This document shows positions 1 to 13,194 of a stretch of 64,000 nucleotides of DNA, piece by piece (position 1 is the stretch's first letter; every line of letters begins with the position of its first letter). The position numbers were made by a program, and so were the translations under genes. Location of the stretch: positions 36,520,001 through 36,584,000 of the forward strand of contig NC_045697.1 of NCBI RefSeq assembly GCF_009834535.1, in the 5' to 3' direction. The notes under the pieces are model-generated. The model ran no database searches. It had not been told where the DNA came from and worked only from the letters and a program-made list of their open reading frames with translations. The DNA comes from Camelus ferus (taxonomy: Eukaryota).

Positions 1-938
1 TAAATGCTTTCAACTATAATTATTATTCTTTATATGCATTAAGCTAGCATCTGAAGGTGAGGCTTCCAAAACCTTTTCCCTCAACCTGTGTAAAAAAAGA
101 ACAATAATTTCTGCTTTTAGTTACTTATGCAAGAAGTAGGCTAACTAAGGTAAAAAAATATGTATGCCCTTGGGAAGAGAGATGTCATAGAAAGAGGGTG
201 GTGGTCCAGTTGTCATGACCCCTGAAGTCATTCCAGAAGCCCAGCCTTGCAGAGAAGCTCACGTACCATCAGGGACAGTGATGTTTTCAGAATTTTCTCT
301 GCCCTGGTCGGCTTGATTGGTCACTGTACTTCCACTCTTTGTCCGTCGAAGAACACTCAGCGCTCGATTTATTTTTTTAAAAGATCTGCTTCTGATGGTG
401 GATCGCTCAAAGGGCCGTGCTGAGGACAAGAGAGAAGAGAGGAAGGGTGGCTACACATCCACGAAAGTCCTCTCTCAAGTCCACGGCTGGTAAGACACGC
501 ACGGTAATAACGGGAACAGGGGTTACCTCTAGGCGGTGGGGTGATAGAATTTGCTAATCTGTATTTTCTCAGTTTTCTACAACGAAATATGGAGGCCTCA
601 GTTTAAAATCTGCTTTTCTTTGCTTCCTGGGCTGGATGGAATGTAGCAGCACTTCTCCGAGCCACATAGATGGGAAGGTACGGCCACCACTGGAGGGATG
701 AGTCATTGGCTCTAACTCCCACCCCTTTCACCAAGTCAGATTACACACATTTTTAATCACCCGAGGTCCTCGTGGTTTCATTTCACTTTGGAGAATTGGA
801 TGCTGGGTTGCTGCCAAAACTACCAGAACGATTTCCCCTTAAAAAAACATTTCTAGAACTTTCCACTGTGACTGTTCTACAGAGGGCAATCCCAAGACAA
901 AAGGAGCCCATTCCCGGACAAGCACTCCCTTGACTCAC

Positions 939-1180
939 CCCTCACTCGGTTGCTCCGGCCAGAGTCCAGTGGGCTGCTTGCTGGCTGCCCGTCCTCCGCT
1001 GTGAACACGTAGGCAGGGTTGTCCAGGCCGGGCTCGTCCGTCATTAAGGAGACGGTGGCAGCCGCAGAAACCTCCGGGGAGAGAGCTGCTGCCGTGAGGC
1101 TGGCACAGCCGTCTGGACAGCCATCCTGGGAGCGCCTCTTCCTGTCTTTGGTCAGGCCGTAGTGGGAGGCACCTTTACAG
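939..1180 (-). CDS. LNX1: LNX1 shared internal exon (242 bp) containing the last Zn ligand Cys and the NPAY Numb-PTB-binding motif
   Basis: Acceptor TTTTGTTCCAG| at 1181. Translates [84 protein letters not shown] is at 1020-1009. Donor G|GTGAGT at 939/938. Confidence 0.96.
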
Positions 1181-2279
1181 CTGGAACAAAACCAGCGGGA
1201 GGTCAGAGAAGGCCTGGGCTCTGAGCAGGGTTGGCTGTGCTCTCCAAGGACACGTGCTTGCAACCCTTGGAAACTGATTTGCTGGCTCCTGTAGCCCCTC
1301 ATTTCACATGGATGTAACTAAGGATACACTTGCTGACCAAATGAATGAATGATTTGAGAACACGATTGTTAAAAGATGCCTATTGCCTTCTCTTAAAGCG
1401 CACTCTACCCTGGCCCCTGGAATGCAAATTATGAGAATGGTCACGGGGGTCTACAGGGCAGGGGCTTGAGACTGGCAGTCTTCAACTATTTGGATGTGGC
1501 AATTCCTTCTTGCTGTTGTTTGTTTTGACCACAATAGCCCTTAGTCACACTAAGTCCCTTCTTTTGGGTTTAGTTCCCAAACCACTGAACATAAACACAG
1601 AGCTCCTCCCAGATTCCATATTTAACTGTCCATGGAAACAGAATCGCCCTCACTACAAACCACAGGAGTTTGCTCAGTGTCACTACTCTCCAGAGGCAGG
1701 CCTGCTGCCTTCTGTTCTCTACCTCTGGGCTGGTCTCTGAGTGTCCGGGACCAGGGCTGGGGGCACTAAAAATATTCATGTCTTCTAATATTGGGAGAGT
1801 AAAACCACAGTCATGGTCTTTTTAAAAAAAAAATTGTCTCTATCCATTCACCATCCATGTTAAAGAGCAGACCTCAGGGCCAGGAGGCCAAGGTTTGATC
1901 TAGGCCCATGTTTTGCTGAGAGTGCACTTCCATTGCCACTGGGCAAGTAGTCTCAGGCTCAGGTCTTGATCAGAAAATGCAGCTGATTTACCCTCATTGC
2001 ACTGTGGTGAGGAAGTAGCCACAGAGACGGACCCCAGCTTCCCAATTGTGAAGGCAGAAATCTTATGGGTGAGGCCCTTTAAGAAGTGGCCATTTAGATA
2101 AAAATAATTATAAATTAGCATACCCTTGATATAAATTTATTACAGAAAACCTCATATGTTTGAGCTATTTTAAATAACCCTTTGAGAGCCGATATGGAGT
2201 GATGCTTACAGATAGAATCCAACAGCCATCGGCAGTGGAAGTGCACATGGCATGATATACAGCCTACAGGACCACAGAG

Positions 2280-2478
2280 CTGGTGGGCAGAGGGCCTATT
2301 GTCTGGACAAGATCCTTGCTCTGAAATTTACCTAGCTGTGTGATCTGGAACCATTTTGTTAACCTGGTTAAATTTTCTTATCTGCACATACATCTTGGGT
2401 TGCTGTGAGGTCCGGTTGACATTAAATCTTGCCAAGGGTTTAGTACCCTGCAAGATATATAGTAAGTTCTCAACAGAC
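2280..2478 (+). mobile_element. MIR SINE fragment
   Basis: Degenerate MIR core (…CCTAGCTGTGTGATCTGG…TTTTCTTATCTGC…GGTTGCTGTGAGG…TAGTAAGTTCTCAA). Confidence 0.6.
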
Positions 2479-2482
2479 TGTA

Positions 2483-3183
2483 GCTACGTCCATAATTCTA
2501 AGATGCCTGTTTTTTCACACGTTAACATGGCTGAGATTAGGATGCATAGGTGATTGGTGGGGGGGGGGGGGTCCTAGAGTTCAGCTGCCAAGCTGCAGTC
2601 ATGACACAGATGCTGTTGAGTATGGCAAACACAGTCACAGGTGTCCATCACACCACTTCCACTGAGTTGTGTCCACTCTTGGTACTATGCCACTGAGTTT
2701 GCCGTTAAATGTCTTAGAAAATATTACATGACAACTCAGCAATGAAATGAAAAGTTACTGCATATATAGAAAGTCTCAAAAACAGCAGTGGCAGGTACAT
2801 TTGATAGCAATGAAGCAAATTTTCATCATTAGAAGGAGGCCAGCAATTTCCTATATTCTTGCAGGGAGCCAAGCAAATGCTTTATTTGCTTAGAAAGAAA
2901 GACACCCCCAAGGAGATGAAAAGTGGTGTCACATTTTGTTACTGAGATCATCCAAAAGAATTGGCTTGTTTCATGCCAAACAACACAACTAGAGGGCAGG
3001 AGAGGTCACCAAATTTGTCTGAATGGATTTCAAAGCTGACGTGGCCAATCCATGCATCGCGGGGATAGCTTTGAAGGAGTTTGGGGATGATTTAACCAGT
3101 GGCAGTTTTTAAAATTTTCTTTTCTTGTCGGTACATGAAACTTGATGCAATCAATGGCATCTTAGATTTGATGAAATGTGGTT
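2483..3183 (+). mobile_element. TcMar-Tc2 (Kanga-like) DNA transposon fossil, internally deleted
   Basis: Inverted repeats TCTAAGATGCC (2497-2507) and GGCATCTTAGA (3156-3166). A decayed pogo/Tc2-type transposase N-terminus starts at ATG 2709 (MS*KILHDNSAMK*KVTAYIE…). Confidence 0.7.
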
Positions 3184-4814
3184 TTAATATAGTAGAAAAG
3201 GACTCTGATTATATAATCCTACATCCTTATCTTATAGAAGATGAAACAGCTTTTAGTGCCTGTCTTTCCTTCACTGAAAGAGTGCAAGCTCCCTGCTTGA
3301 GTTGGTGAGGTTTTACTGTTCTGATTAGCTACATTGGCTTCAAATTGTTCTGCTTAAAAATAGCAAAGCAGTTGATATGAGAAACTCAAAAATTGGAAGA
3401 AACATTGTGTGATGGAAAAAATACAAGCCAGCATGCATTTGAACGGCTCCAAAGTCATAAATACACGAGTGGAACACTTCTCTGTAAGCCAGCGGTATCT
3501 GGTTAGCAGTCCACGGGAAGGAAGTTCCTAGACGATTTAGTTGGACTAGACACAGTCTTTCTTTTCTTGGGGCAGCAATGCCCTTGCCCATGTGCTCTGC
3601 CAAAGCAGGAAATGAGTTTTCCAATTGGACAAATGGCTGATAAAGGCACAAGCCATGGCTTCCTGAGGGTACACAGCATATCCCAGTGGGAAAAAGGGGA
3701 ATCTTATTCTGCAACCACGTCCATGAGGAGGGTTAAGGTATTTAACTACATCTGAATCCCAAGACTACTCCATTAAGAAACCTTGGGGTTCCAAAGATCC
3801 ATCTCAGTCCAGGAAAGGAAAACCTCATAAAATGGCTAAGTAGCCTCCTCTTTTGGCCTCATATAACAGATATCCTTACAATAGCTGGGGACGGTACAGG
3901 AATCTAGATTTAAATGTTCAGACTCATAAGCCTGCGTAAGAAATGTTCTGCTGAAGCGACTCATACTTGTGCAATGTTGCTTGTTTCAGCCTCCTGGCTT
4001 AGCCTGACACTGAGGCACAGGGTGATCTATGAAGGTAGCAGCTTGTACTTACTAATTATCTCTTTTGTGTTGACTAATACCGGGGCCTCTTGATTTACAA
4101 GCACAAAAGAGCGGCGGAGGGGGAGAGAGCTGACTAGCCTTGGCCAGCACAGGAACATACGCTAAACCCTGGGCTGTGTTCAAAGCAAGCAGATTTATTC
4201 TCCCTTTTAGTTACCCTGAGCACTAAGTACTCTCAGGTGGTGATGGGGGATGGACATGAACTTGAAGGATGAACACAAGGAGACATGTGGAAAACCATTT
4301 TTCAATGAAGCCACGTGCTTTGGATATGCCATCCGTTCCAAGCAACTCTGCAAATCCTTTTAGTTAATAACAGAGTTGAGATGCTGAGCTCTTGTATCAA
4401 AGTGAGCAGATGCATATCTGCCTTAACCTAAGAATGGTGACACTGGGTATGGCATGGAATTTTTTTTATGCAAGGGAGGGGGTAAGTAAGAAAAAAATGA
4501 ACCTCCTTCTTGCAAAAACTCCCGAGGCCATGAGGGTTGACCCGAAGCAGGATGGACCCCAGGAAGGCTTTACAGAGGAGGCTCTGACGGGGTGTTCTCT
4601 GCCAAGTTCAGCCAACCTGGTGGCACAAGCTGGTTTGCAGGCAAGGGCTCCTTTCTGACAGTGAACTTATCCACTTATGATGGAAGGATAAAAGTTGTCC
4701 ACAAGGAACTGAACCTCAGTGCCCTCATTATAGCAATCTGGGTAAGGACACAGTCTCCTTTGATCCTTCTAACTTCCTTCATGTTTTTTCTTTCTCGATT
4801 CACTTTTTAAAATT

Positions 4815-4992
4815 TCTTTTTTTATTGAGAGTATAGTCAGTTTGCAGTATTGTGTCAATTTCTAGTGTACAGCAGAATGTTTCAGTTATACATATACGTA
4901 CATGTATTTGTTTTCACATTCTTTTTTATTATAGGTTACTACAAGATATTAAATAGAGTCCCCTTGTGCTGTACAGTAGAAACGTCTTCTTT
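4815..4992 (-). mobile_element. Short 5'-truncated L1 3' end
   Basis: Poly-T followed by TTATTGA…TTCTAGTGTACAGCA…TTCAGTTATACATATA…CCCTTGTGCTGTACAGTAG, typical of a laurasiatherian L1 3' UTR. Confidence 0.75.
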
Positions 4993-5227
4993 ATGAATTC
5001 ACTTCTGAATTAAGTAAACCTCGAGTCTGCTCTCATGTTGAATTCATCAATTGCTCAGTCTGATCCTACTTTGAATCAGTACTTGCAAATTCATACGCTA
5101 GTCAGGCTGGGTGGGAGACTGTGGTGAGCAGTTCTATTTCATGGGTGCAACAACCCCTACAGACCTTTGTTAATTATTGTCTCACTCAAGACAACAAGCT
5201 CAAGAGCATTAGTCAAGAAGTAAGTTA

Positions 5228-7660
5228 TCCAAATTGGAAAGGAAAAGTAAAACTGTCACTGTTTGCAATGTCATCCTAGTATGTATAGAAGCCCCCAAAT
5301 ACTCTACCAAAAAAAAACTGTTAAAACTAATAAACAAATTCAGTAAAGTTGCAGGATACAAAGTCAATACACAAATATTTGTTGCATTTCTATACACTAA
5401 TAAGAAACTATCAGAGAGAGACATTAAGAAAATAATCCCATTTACAATTGCATGAAAAAGAATAAAATACCTAGGAATAAATTTAACCAAGGAAGTGAAA
5501 GATCTGAACACTGAAAACTGTAAGACACTGATGAAAGAAATTGAAGATGACACAAATAAATGGAAAAATATTGTGTGTTCATGGATTGGAAAAATTAGTA
5601 TTGTTAGAATGTCCATACTACCCAAAGCAATCTACAAATTTAATACAAGTCCTATCAAAATTCCAGTGGCAACTTCCACAGAAATAGAACAATCCTATGA
5701 TTTGTATGGAACCACAAAAGACCTCAAATAAACAAAGCAATCTTAAGAAAAATAAAAGCTGGAGGCATGATGCTCCTTGATTTCAATCTATATAGTAGTC
5801 AAAATAGTGTGGTATTGGAAAGAGAAAACTGGATATAGGTAGATGGAACAGAATAGAGAATCCAGAAATAAACCCCCACATATATATATGGTCAATTTAT
5901 GACAAAGGAGCCAAGAATATACAATGGGGAAAGGACAGTCTTCAATAAATGGTGTTGGGAAAACTGGATAGTCACATGCAAAAGAACGAAACTGGACCAC
6001 TATCTTATACCATACACAAAAGTTAACTCAAATGGATTAAAGGCTTAAATGTACATTCTGAAACCAAAAAACTCCTAAAAGAAAACAGAAGGTGAGCTCC
6101 TTGGCATTGGTCTTGGAGATGACTATTTGAATCTGACACCAAAAACCCAAAAAAAAAGCAAAAGTAAACAAATGGGACCAGGTCAAACTAAAAAGTCTCT
6201 GCACAGCACAGGGAAACCATCAACAAAATGAAAAGGCAACCTACTGAATGGGAGAAAATATTTGCAAATCATGTATCTGATAAGGGGTTAATATCCAAAA
6301 TATATAAAGAATTCATACAACTCAATAGCAAAAAACCCAATCTGATTAAAAACGGGCAGAAAATCTGAATAGAAATTTTCCAAAGATGACATATAGATAA
6401 TCAACAGGTACATAAAAAGATGCTTGGCATCATTGATCATTAGGGAAATACCAATCAAAACCATAATGAGCTATCACCTCACACCTGTTAGAATGGCTAT
6501 TCTCAAAAGGCAAGTTGTAGGTAAGTATTGGCTAGGATTTGGAAAAAAAGACACCCTTGTACACTGTGGGTGGGAATGTATATGGGTGCAGCAATTATGG
6601 AAAACAGTATGAAGGCTCCTCAAAAAAATAAAAATAGAACTACCACAATGATCCAGCATTTCCACTTCTGGGTATTTATCTGAAGAAACAGAAAACACTA
6701 ATTGGAAAACACATATGCACCCCCATGTTCACTGGAGCATTACTGACAATAGTCAAGGTGTGGAAACAACCTGTGTCCACTGATGGATGAATAAAGAAAA
6801 TGTGGTGTGTATATACAATGGAATATTATTCAGCCATAAAAAAGAACAAAATCTTGCCACTTGCAACAACATAGATGAACTTTAAGGGCATTTGGCTAAA
6901 TGAAGTTGATCAGACAGAAAGACAAACACTGTATGCTCTCACTTATATGTGGAATGTTAAAAAAAACAAAACAAAAAACCATCCTTCGCTCATACAGATT
7001 GGTGGTTGCCATAGGCAGGGGGGTGAGGGAAGTGGGTAAAAGGTCGAAAGCTACAAATATGTCGGGAGGATGTAATGCACAGCATGGTAACTATAGTTAA
7101 TAATACTGATTGCATATTTGAAAGTTGCTAAATCTTAAGTCTTGTCAATACACAAAATTTTATAATTACATATGATAACATGTTAACTAGACTTATTGCG
7201 GTGATCATTCTGCAGCACATAGAAATATCAAATCAAATTAGACACATGAAACTAATAGAATGTTATGCGTCAATTATATCTCAATTAAGGGGAAAAAAAA
7301 GAAGAGGTTTGTAGTTGCCAGAGGCAGGGGTTTGGAGGAAGGAGAATTGGATGAAGGCAGTCAAAAAGGTATAAACTTTCTGTTATAACTAAGAACTAGG
7401 AATGTAATGTAGAAAATTATAAATATAATTAACACTTCCCTGTGTTATATATAAAAATTCTTACAGTAAATCCTAAGAATTCTCATCACAAGAATATTTT
7501 TTCTTTAATTTTATATTTATATCAGATGATGGATGTGCACTAAATTTACTGTGGTAATTATTTCATGACGTCTGTATATCAAATCATTACACTGTATGCC
7601 TTAAACCTATACAGTGCTATATGTCAACTGTACCTCAATAAAACTGGAAGAAAAAAATAA
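5228..7660 (+). mobile_element. 5'-truncated L1 (L1MA/MB-like): decayed ORF2 RT and C-terminus plus 3' UTR
   Basis: ORF fragments [39 protein letters not shown] and YHLTPVRMAI are L1 ORF2. It ends in CTCAATAAAACTGGAAGAAAAAAA. The 7300-7660 part may be a second 3' end. Confidence 0.93.
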
Positions 7661-7661
7661 G

Positions 7662-7840
7662 AGTAGCCCAGTGTTGCCAGAGCAATCAATTTGGAAGGCG
7701 AAATCCAGTTTTGAATGTGAAATCTCTTGATTTTTAAAAGTTGGCCATAAATTCAAGATTTTTAAGACTATTGTGTGGGCAAACAAAACACATCTGTAGG
7801 CCAGATCTGTCTCAAGGGATGACAAATTTCAACCTCTGGG
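7662..7840. mobile_element. hAT-type MER DNA transposon fragment
   Basis: GAAATCCAG…TGTGAAATCTC…GATTTTTAAA…GTTGGC…CAAACAAAACACATCTGTAGGCCAGAT resembles hAT MER elements. Confidence 0.5.
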
Positions 7841-8949
7841 AATAAAAAGAAACCTGCCAGTGTGGGTAGGGCAGACCCATTTCTCTTTTCATTCCTCCAG
7901 GAAGCAACCCTACCCTCCTCTCAGTCTCCGCCCGATCTCCCCTCTTCCCACTCGTGTAGGGTGTGTGTGCAGGCACAGGGTAGATGGCCCCAAGGGGGGC
8001 TTCCCTTTCAGTATTTGCCCCAGCTCCATTTTTAATTCCAGTGGAAGGAGGAGACAGCATTTCCGACTGTCTCTCACTCCTGGGAGAGCTGATCACTTGC
8101 CCAAAGTTATTATATAATAGGGAAACGAGACATTCAACCCTCATGGGTACATTCACTCTTTCAGACCAAGAGAATCGAGATTAAGGGCTAGGGAGGGAAG
8201 CAAGTTTCCCTGCTAACAGCTGGATCTTAGGCTGAACCGGATGAGCGACTCTGAAGCTGTGTTCAAAGTGGAGCCAGGCTGGGAGCCTGCTGCAGAGGAG
8301 ACGGCCGCTGTCACAGAGGAGACCTGGGAGATGGGCCATTGGGAGCCTCAGGACCCAGAGTGCTCTGGCTTAGAGAAAGTCTTTGTCCAGGTGCAGGTGA
8401 CTCTGGAGGCTGAAGGTGGGCCTCAGTCATGCGTGCCTGGCTTCTAACTCCATCTCCAGGGCCCCCACTCTGGCCCTCCCAACACCATGCCTCCAGGGCT
8501 TTGCAACAACCCCCAGCCCATCTCCCTGCTCCCCACCTCTCCCCTGCCATCCAATCCATCCTAAGCACACCAACACAATATCTTTTCGCTCAAAACTTTC
8601 CCATGGAAATATTTCCCACTGCTCAAGTCCCAACTCCCCAGGCTGACATCCCAGCCATCCCTGAGCCGTATGGATCACATTCTCACCACACGGTCTGGCA
8701 ATCCAGAAGGGGGCTGGGAAGAGGCTGGCTGACATCTCTTGGTCTAACACATATTGTGTGTTACCATTTACATCCCTGGTCTTCTTGACCTTCCCAACTG
8801 TCCCAATTGTCATGTCAATTAAACCAACTCCACTTTGCAGACAAGGGTATGGAAGTGGGAAGGGAAGAAAGTCTTGTCCAAGTTCACAGAGGGGAGCTGG
8901 ATCCTGGCTGTGGGCCTCCATGCTTTCTCCCCTTGTACCACCTGGCCTC

Positions 8950-9715
8950 CAGCCCCGAGCCTCTCCAGGCTCCAGACTCCTGAGTCAAGCTGCTTATTCC
9001 ATGTCTTCACCTACAACCCAACACCCCAACCTTCCCTGCCATACCAGCTCTTCCTGCCTCTTCCTCATTTTATTAAATAGCACCTTACATCCTGCCTGTT
9101 GTTCAGACCAAAAACCTCAGAGCCATCCCTGACTCCTTTCTTTCTCTCGATGCTCCAAACACAATCAAGCAGGATCTACTCAAAATCCAACTACTTCTCA
9201 TCACTTCCACCTCCACCACCCTGGTCCAAGCCACTGTCATCAAAACCTGGAATATTGCAACAGCCTCCTGAGAGGTTTCCCTGCTTCTATACTCACTTCC
9301 CTCCCCCAGCTGTTCTCAGCAGAGCAGCGTGTGACCCTTTTAACTTGGCTCTCCATGTCTCCATGTCACTGAAACACAAAGTCCTCACGACGGCCCACCA
9401 GGCCCTGTGTTCTCTGTCCCCTGTCACCTCTGCCCTCATCTCCATCCCTTGCCCATCCAGCCTGCTGGTCCTCACACCTGCCCAGCAGCCTCCTGCTTTG
9501 GGGGCCTTGTATTTTGCTGTTGCCCTCTGTCTGGACCACTTTCTCCAGATTTTCACCTGGTCTGTTCCCTCATCTCCATCAGGTCTGTGGTTAAAGTCCA
9601 CCTTTCCTGACCACCCTCTTAAAACAGCAGTTTTCCTAGCACATCCTAACCCTCCCTCCCTCTTCCTCACTGCTTATTTTTTTCTCTATAGAATGTAAGC
9701 TCCAAAGAGGGGTGT
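8950..9715. mobile_element. L2 LINE fragment
   Basis: L2 motifs CCCTGGTCCAAGCCAC…CTGGAATATTGCAACAGCCTCCT and TAGAATGTAAGCTCC. Confidence 0.8.
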
Positions 9716-10039
9716 AACTGCAGTTGGTTGTGATACTGGGGCTCCTTTGCCCTCGGCAAGCTCATCATTTTCCTTTCCATTTCCCCACACTCCCACTGGA
9801 GATGAGAAAAGGGAAAGGGGGGAAATGCCTTTTTTAATTCTTCTATCTTTTTCGCATACTCCCCTGATAACTTTAATGATTTTATTTGATCTGAGTTTTA
9901 AAACAATGATGTATGTAAAGATGAATAAAGCATTATCAAATGCCTTCTTTTGATGGATTATGCTGTTACAAGCAGGATGAGTGATTTTGAAATACTTGTT
10001 TTTATTCAATGAACATTTGTGGAGGAACTCCTGGGAAAG

Positions 10040-10270
10040 AGGGCGCAGTGATGTGGTAAAAGCTCAGCCTTCCAAGTTTAAAATATCTGGATATGAATCC
10101 TAGGTCTGCCACCACCAGCTCTGCCACTTTAGACAAGTTCCTTAGTTCCTCTGAGCCTCACTGCCCAGAATGTAAAATAGGCACAATGTTTACAGTGAGA
10201 CTTGAAAGATCATGCAAAATCCCTAATAGTACCTGGAATATAGGAACAACTCAATAAGCAGTAATCAACG
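10040..10270 (+). mobile_element. MIR SINE
   Basis: GAATCCTAGGTCTGCCAC…CAAGTTCCTTAGTTCCTCTGAGCCTCA…TGTAAAATAGG. Confidence 0.75.
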
Positions 10271-11206
10271 TAATTACTATATATCAGGCATAATGTTAGA
10301 CACTATGGCTGCAAAGAAAACTACTCTACAGTGTATGCATGCAAGGAGACTAATATGAAAACAGACAGCCACCAGACCATGTCATCAGAGAGAGATGGAG
10401 GTACACCCAAAGGTTGGGAGAGCTCAGAGAAAGAGGCCATTCACTGTAGGGGGTAATCAGAGAAGGCTTCCCAGAAGAGGTGAAATCTGAGCTGAGTCTG
10501 GGAAAATGAGTGACATTGTCCTGGCAGACTGCGTGTGAACACCACATTCAAAAGCCCTAAGAATACAAGCGCATGGCAGGTACCAGGATAATTGGGATTG
10601 GTGCAGACTTTGTCCCAAGTGACCTTGATGGGGAAGAACAGAGCAGAAGTGAGACCAAAGGAGGACAAGCCCTGGGGGTTGTCCTGGGGAGAAAACCCAG
10701 GACACCTGACTACCTGTCTGCCACCACTTCTAGGCTTCATCAGGGCTACGCCATGCCTGTGGGTGCAGAATACAAGTGGGCATTGAGAAATCTGATGCCA
10801 ACACAAGAGAGGGTGAGGGGAGCAGAAGGGATGATGTTAACAAGAGGCTCAAAGTCACCTCCTCCCAGAGGCCCCCTGACTGTCAGTCTAAAGTGGGGAG
10901 GGACCGCCTCTCCCACCAGCCCCCACTTTCCCTTCCCAGCAGTTAACATCTTTGGAAATGATTTTGTTTATTTGCTTTCTTTCTAAATCTCTATCTCCTC
11001 CCCAAAGGGGTATATTTTCCATAAGAGTGAAAGTCCAGCATGTCTTGTTCACCACTAAGTCCTCAACACTGCAAACAGCACTCACAGACACAGAATCCAC
11101 CATGTGTTACAGCAGCTGAGAGATTCTGGGAGCAGCTATGTTTTCTTCTTGCTCCTTTTATTAGATGTTTTCAGTTTATATTTTTAGTTGTTCTGGCCCA
11201 GATATG

Positions 11207-11650
11207 GTTTTTTTTCCTTTTGATGGATTTAATTGAGGTATAATTGACATATAACATTATATTAGTTTCAGCTGCATAACATAATGATTCAATAGTTGTA
11301 TACATTGCAAAATAATCACAAGAAATCTAGTTAACATTCATCAAATTTTTCCCCTTGTGATGAGAAGTTTTAAGATCTACTCTCTTAGCAACTTTTAAAT
11401 ATACAATGAGAATTATTAACTGTAGCCCCCAAGCTGTAGATTGCATTCCTATGAATTAATGATTTTGTAACTGGAATTTTATACCTTTTGACACTCTTCA
11501 CCCATTTTGCCCACCCTCCACCCCCTACCTCTGGCAAACACCAATCTGTTCTCTGTATCTACGAGATTTTTTTTTTTTAAGATTCCACATATAAGAGATC
11601 ATTCAGTATTTGTCTTTCTCTGACTTATTTCACTTAGCATAATGTCCTAT
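11207..11650 (-). mobile_element. L1 3' end (L1MA-like) flanked by a ~70-bp direct duplication
   Basis: TTTAATTGAGGTATAATTGACATA…TTTAAGATCTACTCTCTTAGCAA…GACTTATTTCACTTAGCATAATG. Confidence 0.85.
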
Positions 11651-11782
11651 GCTATGATTTTTCTTGCTTCTTTTGTTAAATGCTTTCTGTTTATACTTTT
11701 AATTGTGCTAGCCCAGATATGTTTTCACTGTTGCAGGCTGCCTTGATTTTTTTTTTTAAACAGGAAGACAAGCTATGTTTTT

Positions 11783-11993
11783 TGTTTGTTTGTTTTTAAA
11801 CTTTTTTTTATTGAGTTATAGTCATTTTACAATGTTGTGTCAAATTCCAGTGTAGAGCACAATTTTTCAGTTATACATGAACATACATATATTCATTGTC
11901 ACATTTTTTTTCAGCTGTGAGCTACCACAAGATCTTGTATATATTTCCCTGTGCTATACAGTATAATCTTGTATATCTATTCTACATATGCCT
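11783..11993 (-). mobile_element. Short young L1 3' end with an 18-bp TSD
   Basis: TSD AAGACA(A/G)GCTATGTTTTT at 11765-11782 and 11994-12011, followed by AAAA (canonical TTTT/AA endonuclease site). Confidence 0.85.
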
Positions 11994-13194
11994 AAGACAG
12001 GCTATGTTTTTAAAATACGTGATAATATTTCATGACTCCGAATACAGGACACTAGAAATCTTTACTATGTTTAAGACAAAAATAAATGCATCAGTCATCT
12101 TCCAAAACAGTCCCATTTGAGCTCCCTGAGCCCATCCTTGAGTAGGACCCTCCCTTGCTAATTAAGTCCTGATCACTTCACTTGGAAAAGACTCAAGTAA
12201 CAGTAATACAACTTCTATTAACTTGACTCCTCTGGTTTTCTGGCAGCCTGGTCCTAAGCACAGGAACTCTTTTGGGAATTTTCTGAGTTCAGACTGGATA
12301 ATTATTTTCTATAGTTCACTCACTATATTTCACCTGCAGCTTCTTATCTTATCTCTCTTTGGTTTATGAACATTAGGTAAAGTCATTCTTCCTTGTTTGG
12401 ATTACTTTTTCTCCTCTAAGTTAAAATCCATGTTCCCTGGGATCAAATTACATGGCGACTCACAAAGCTACCAGAAACCATACCTGAAAAAAGTCATTAG
12501 CACCTTCGTGTACTCACGGGTGAAGTGAAGCAAACATCAGTTAATAAGTAAGAGGTTATCAGCAGGGCAAGCCCACTGTCTGGGAGTCAGCTTGGACCCT
12601 GAGTGTGAACTTGAGCCTGAAAGGCCCTCCCCCTGCAGAAGCCAGGCACTTCCTACATCACCGCCAACCACGTGCTCCTGCCTCTCATTAGCCCCTTTCT
12701 TCTGCCTCCAAACCACGGGGGAAAATGTCCCCAGCAGTTCCAGCCCCCCTCCCTGCCTCACTTGTTAATGAATCCCAGAAAGGGAAATTACAGACAAACT
12801 GGAAAGCGACGTGGAAATGCAGGCCAGGCTTTGGGCAGCTGGAACCTAAGTCTCTTGGGTCTGGTGAGGTGGGGAAAGGGGCAGGGTGCTCTTATGGTGG
12901 GATTGGCTCCAGAAACAAATATTCCAATGACAATGAAGCCAGCACAGGTGACTTGGTTTACCAAAGATGCCGACATGTTCCTGTGGGATTGATGACTTGG
13001 TGCTGTGCAGGCATGAGAAACAGCTGGCCTGTCTCTGCACAGTGTTAATTTTTATTTTGGGGAAGGTAGGGAAAAGCGGATTTTCTTTTACCTAATGTTA
13101 ATGGCTCTCCATTTCTGTTTTTCTGTTAGCTTGCAGTTAGTCTGTCAGACAACCTGTGCTTCATCTTTTTATCCTTCAAATCTGAACCCACCTG

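Noticed and set aside
877..1302. 141-aa ORF as a stand-alone gene
   Set aside because: Only 939-1180 is LNX1-like and it is bounded by canonical splice sites; the flanks are intronic read-through.
9099..9698. Longest ORF in the track (199 aa, + strand)
   Set aside because: Lies within a decayed L2 element, has low-complexity Pro/Ser/Leu composition and no recognisable domain.
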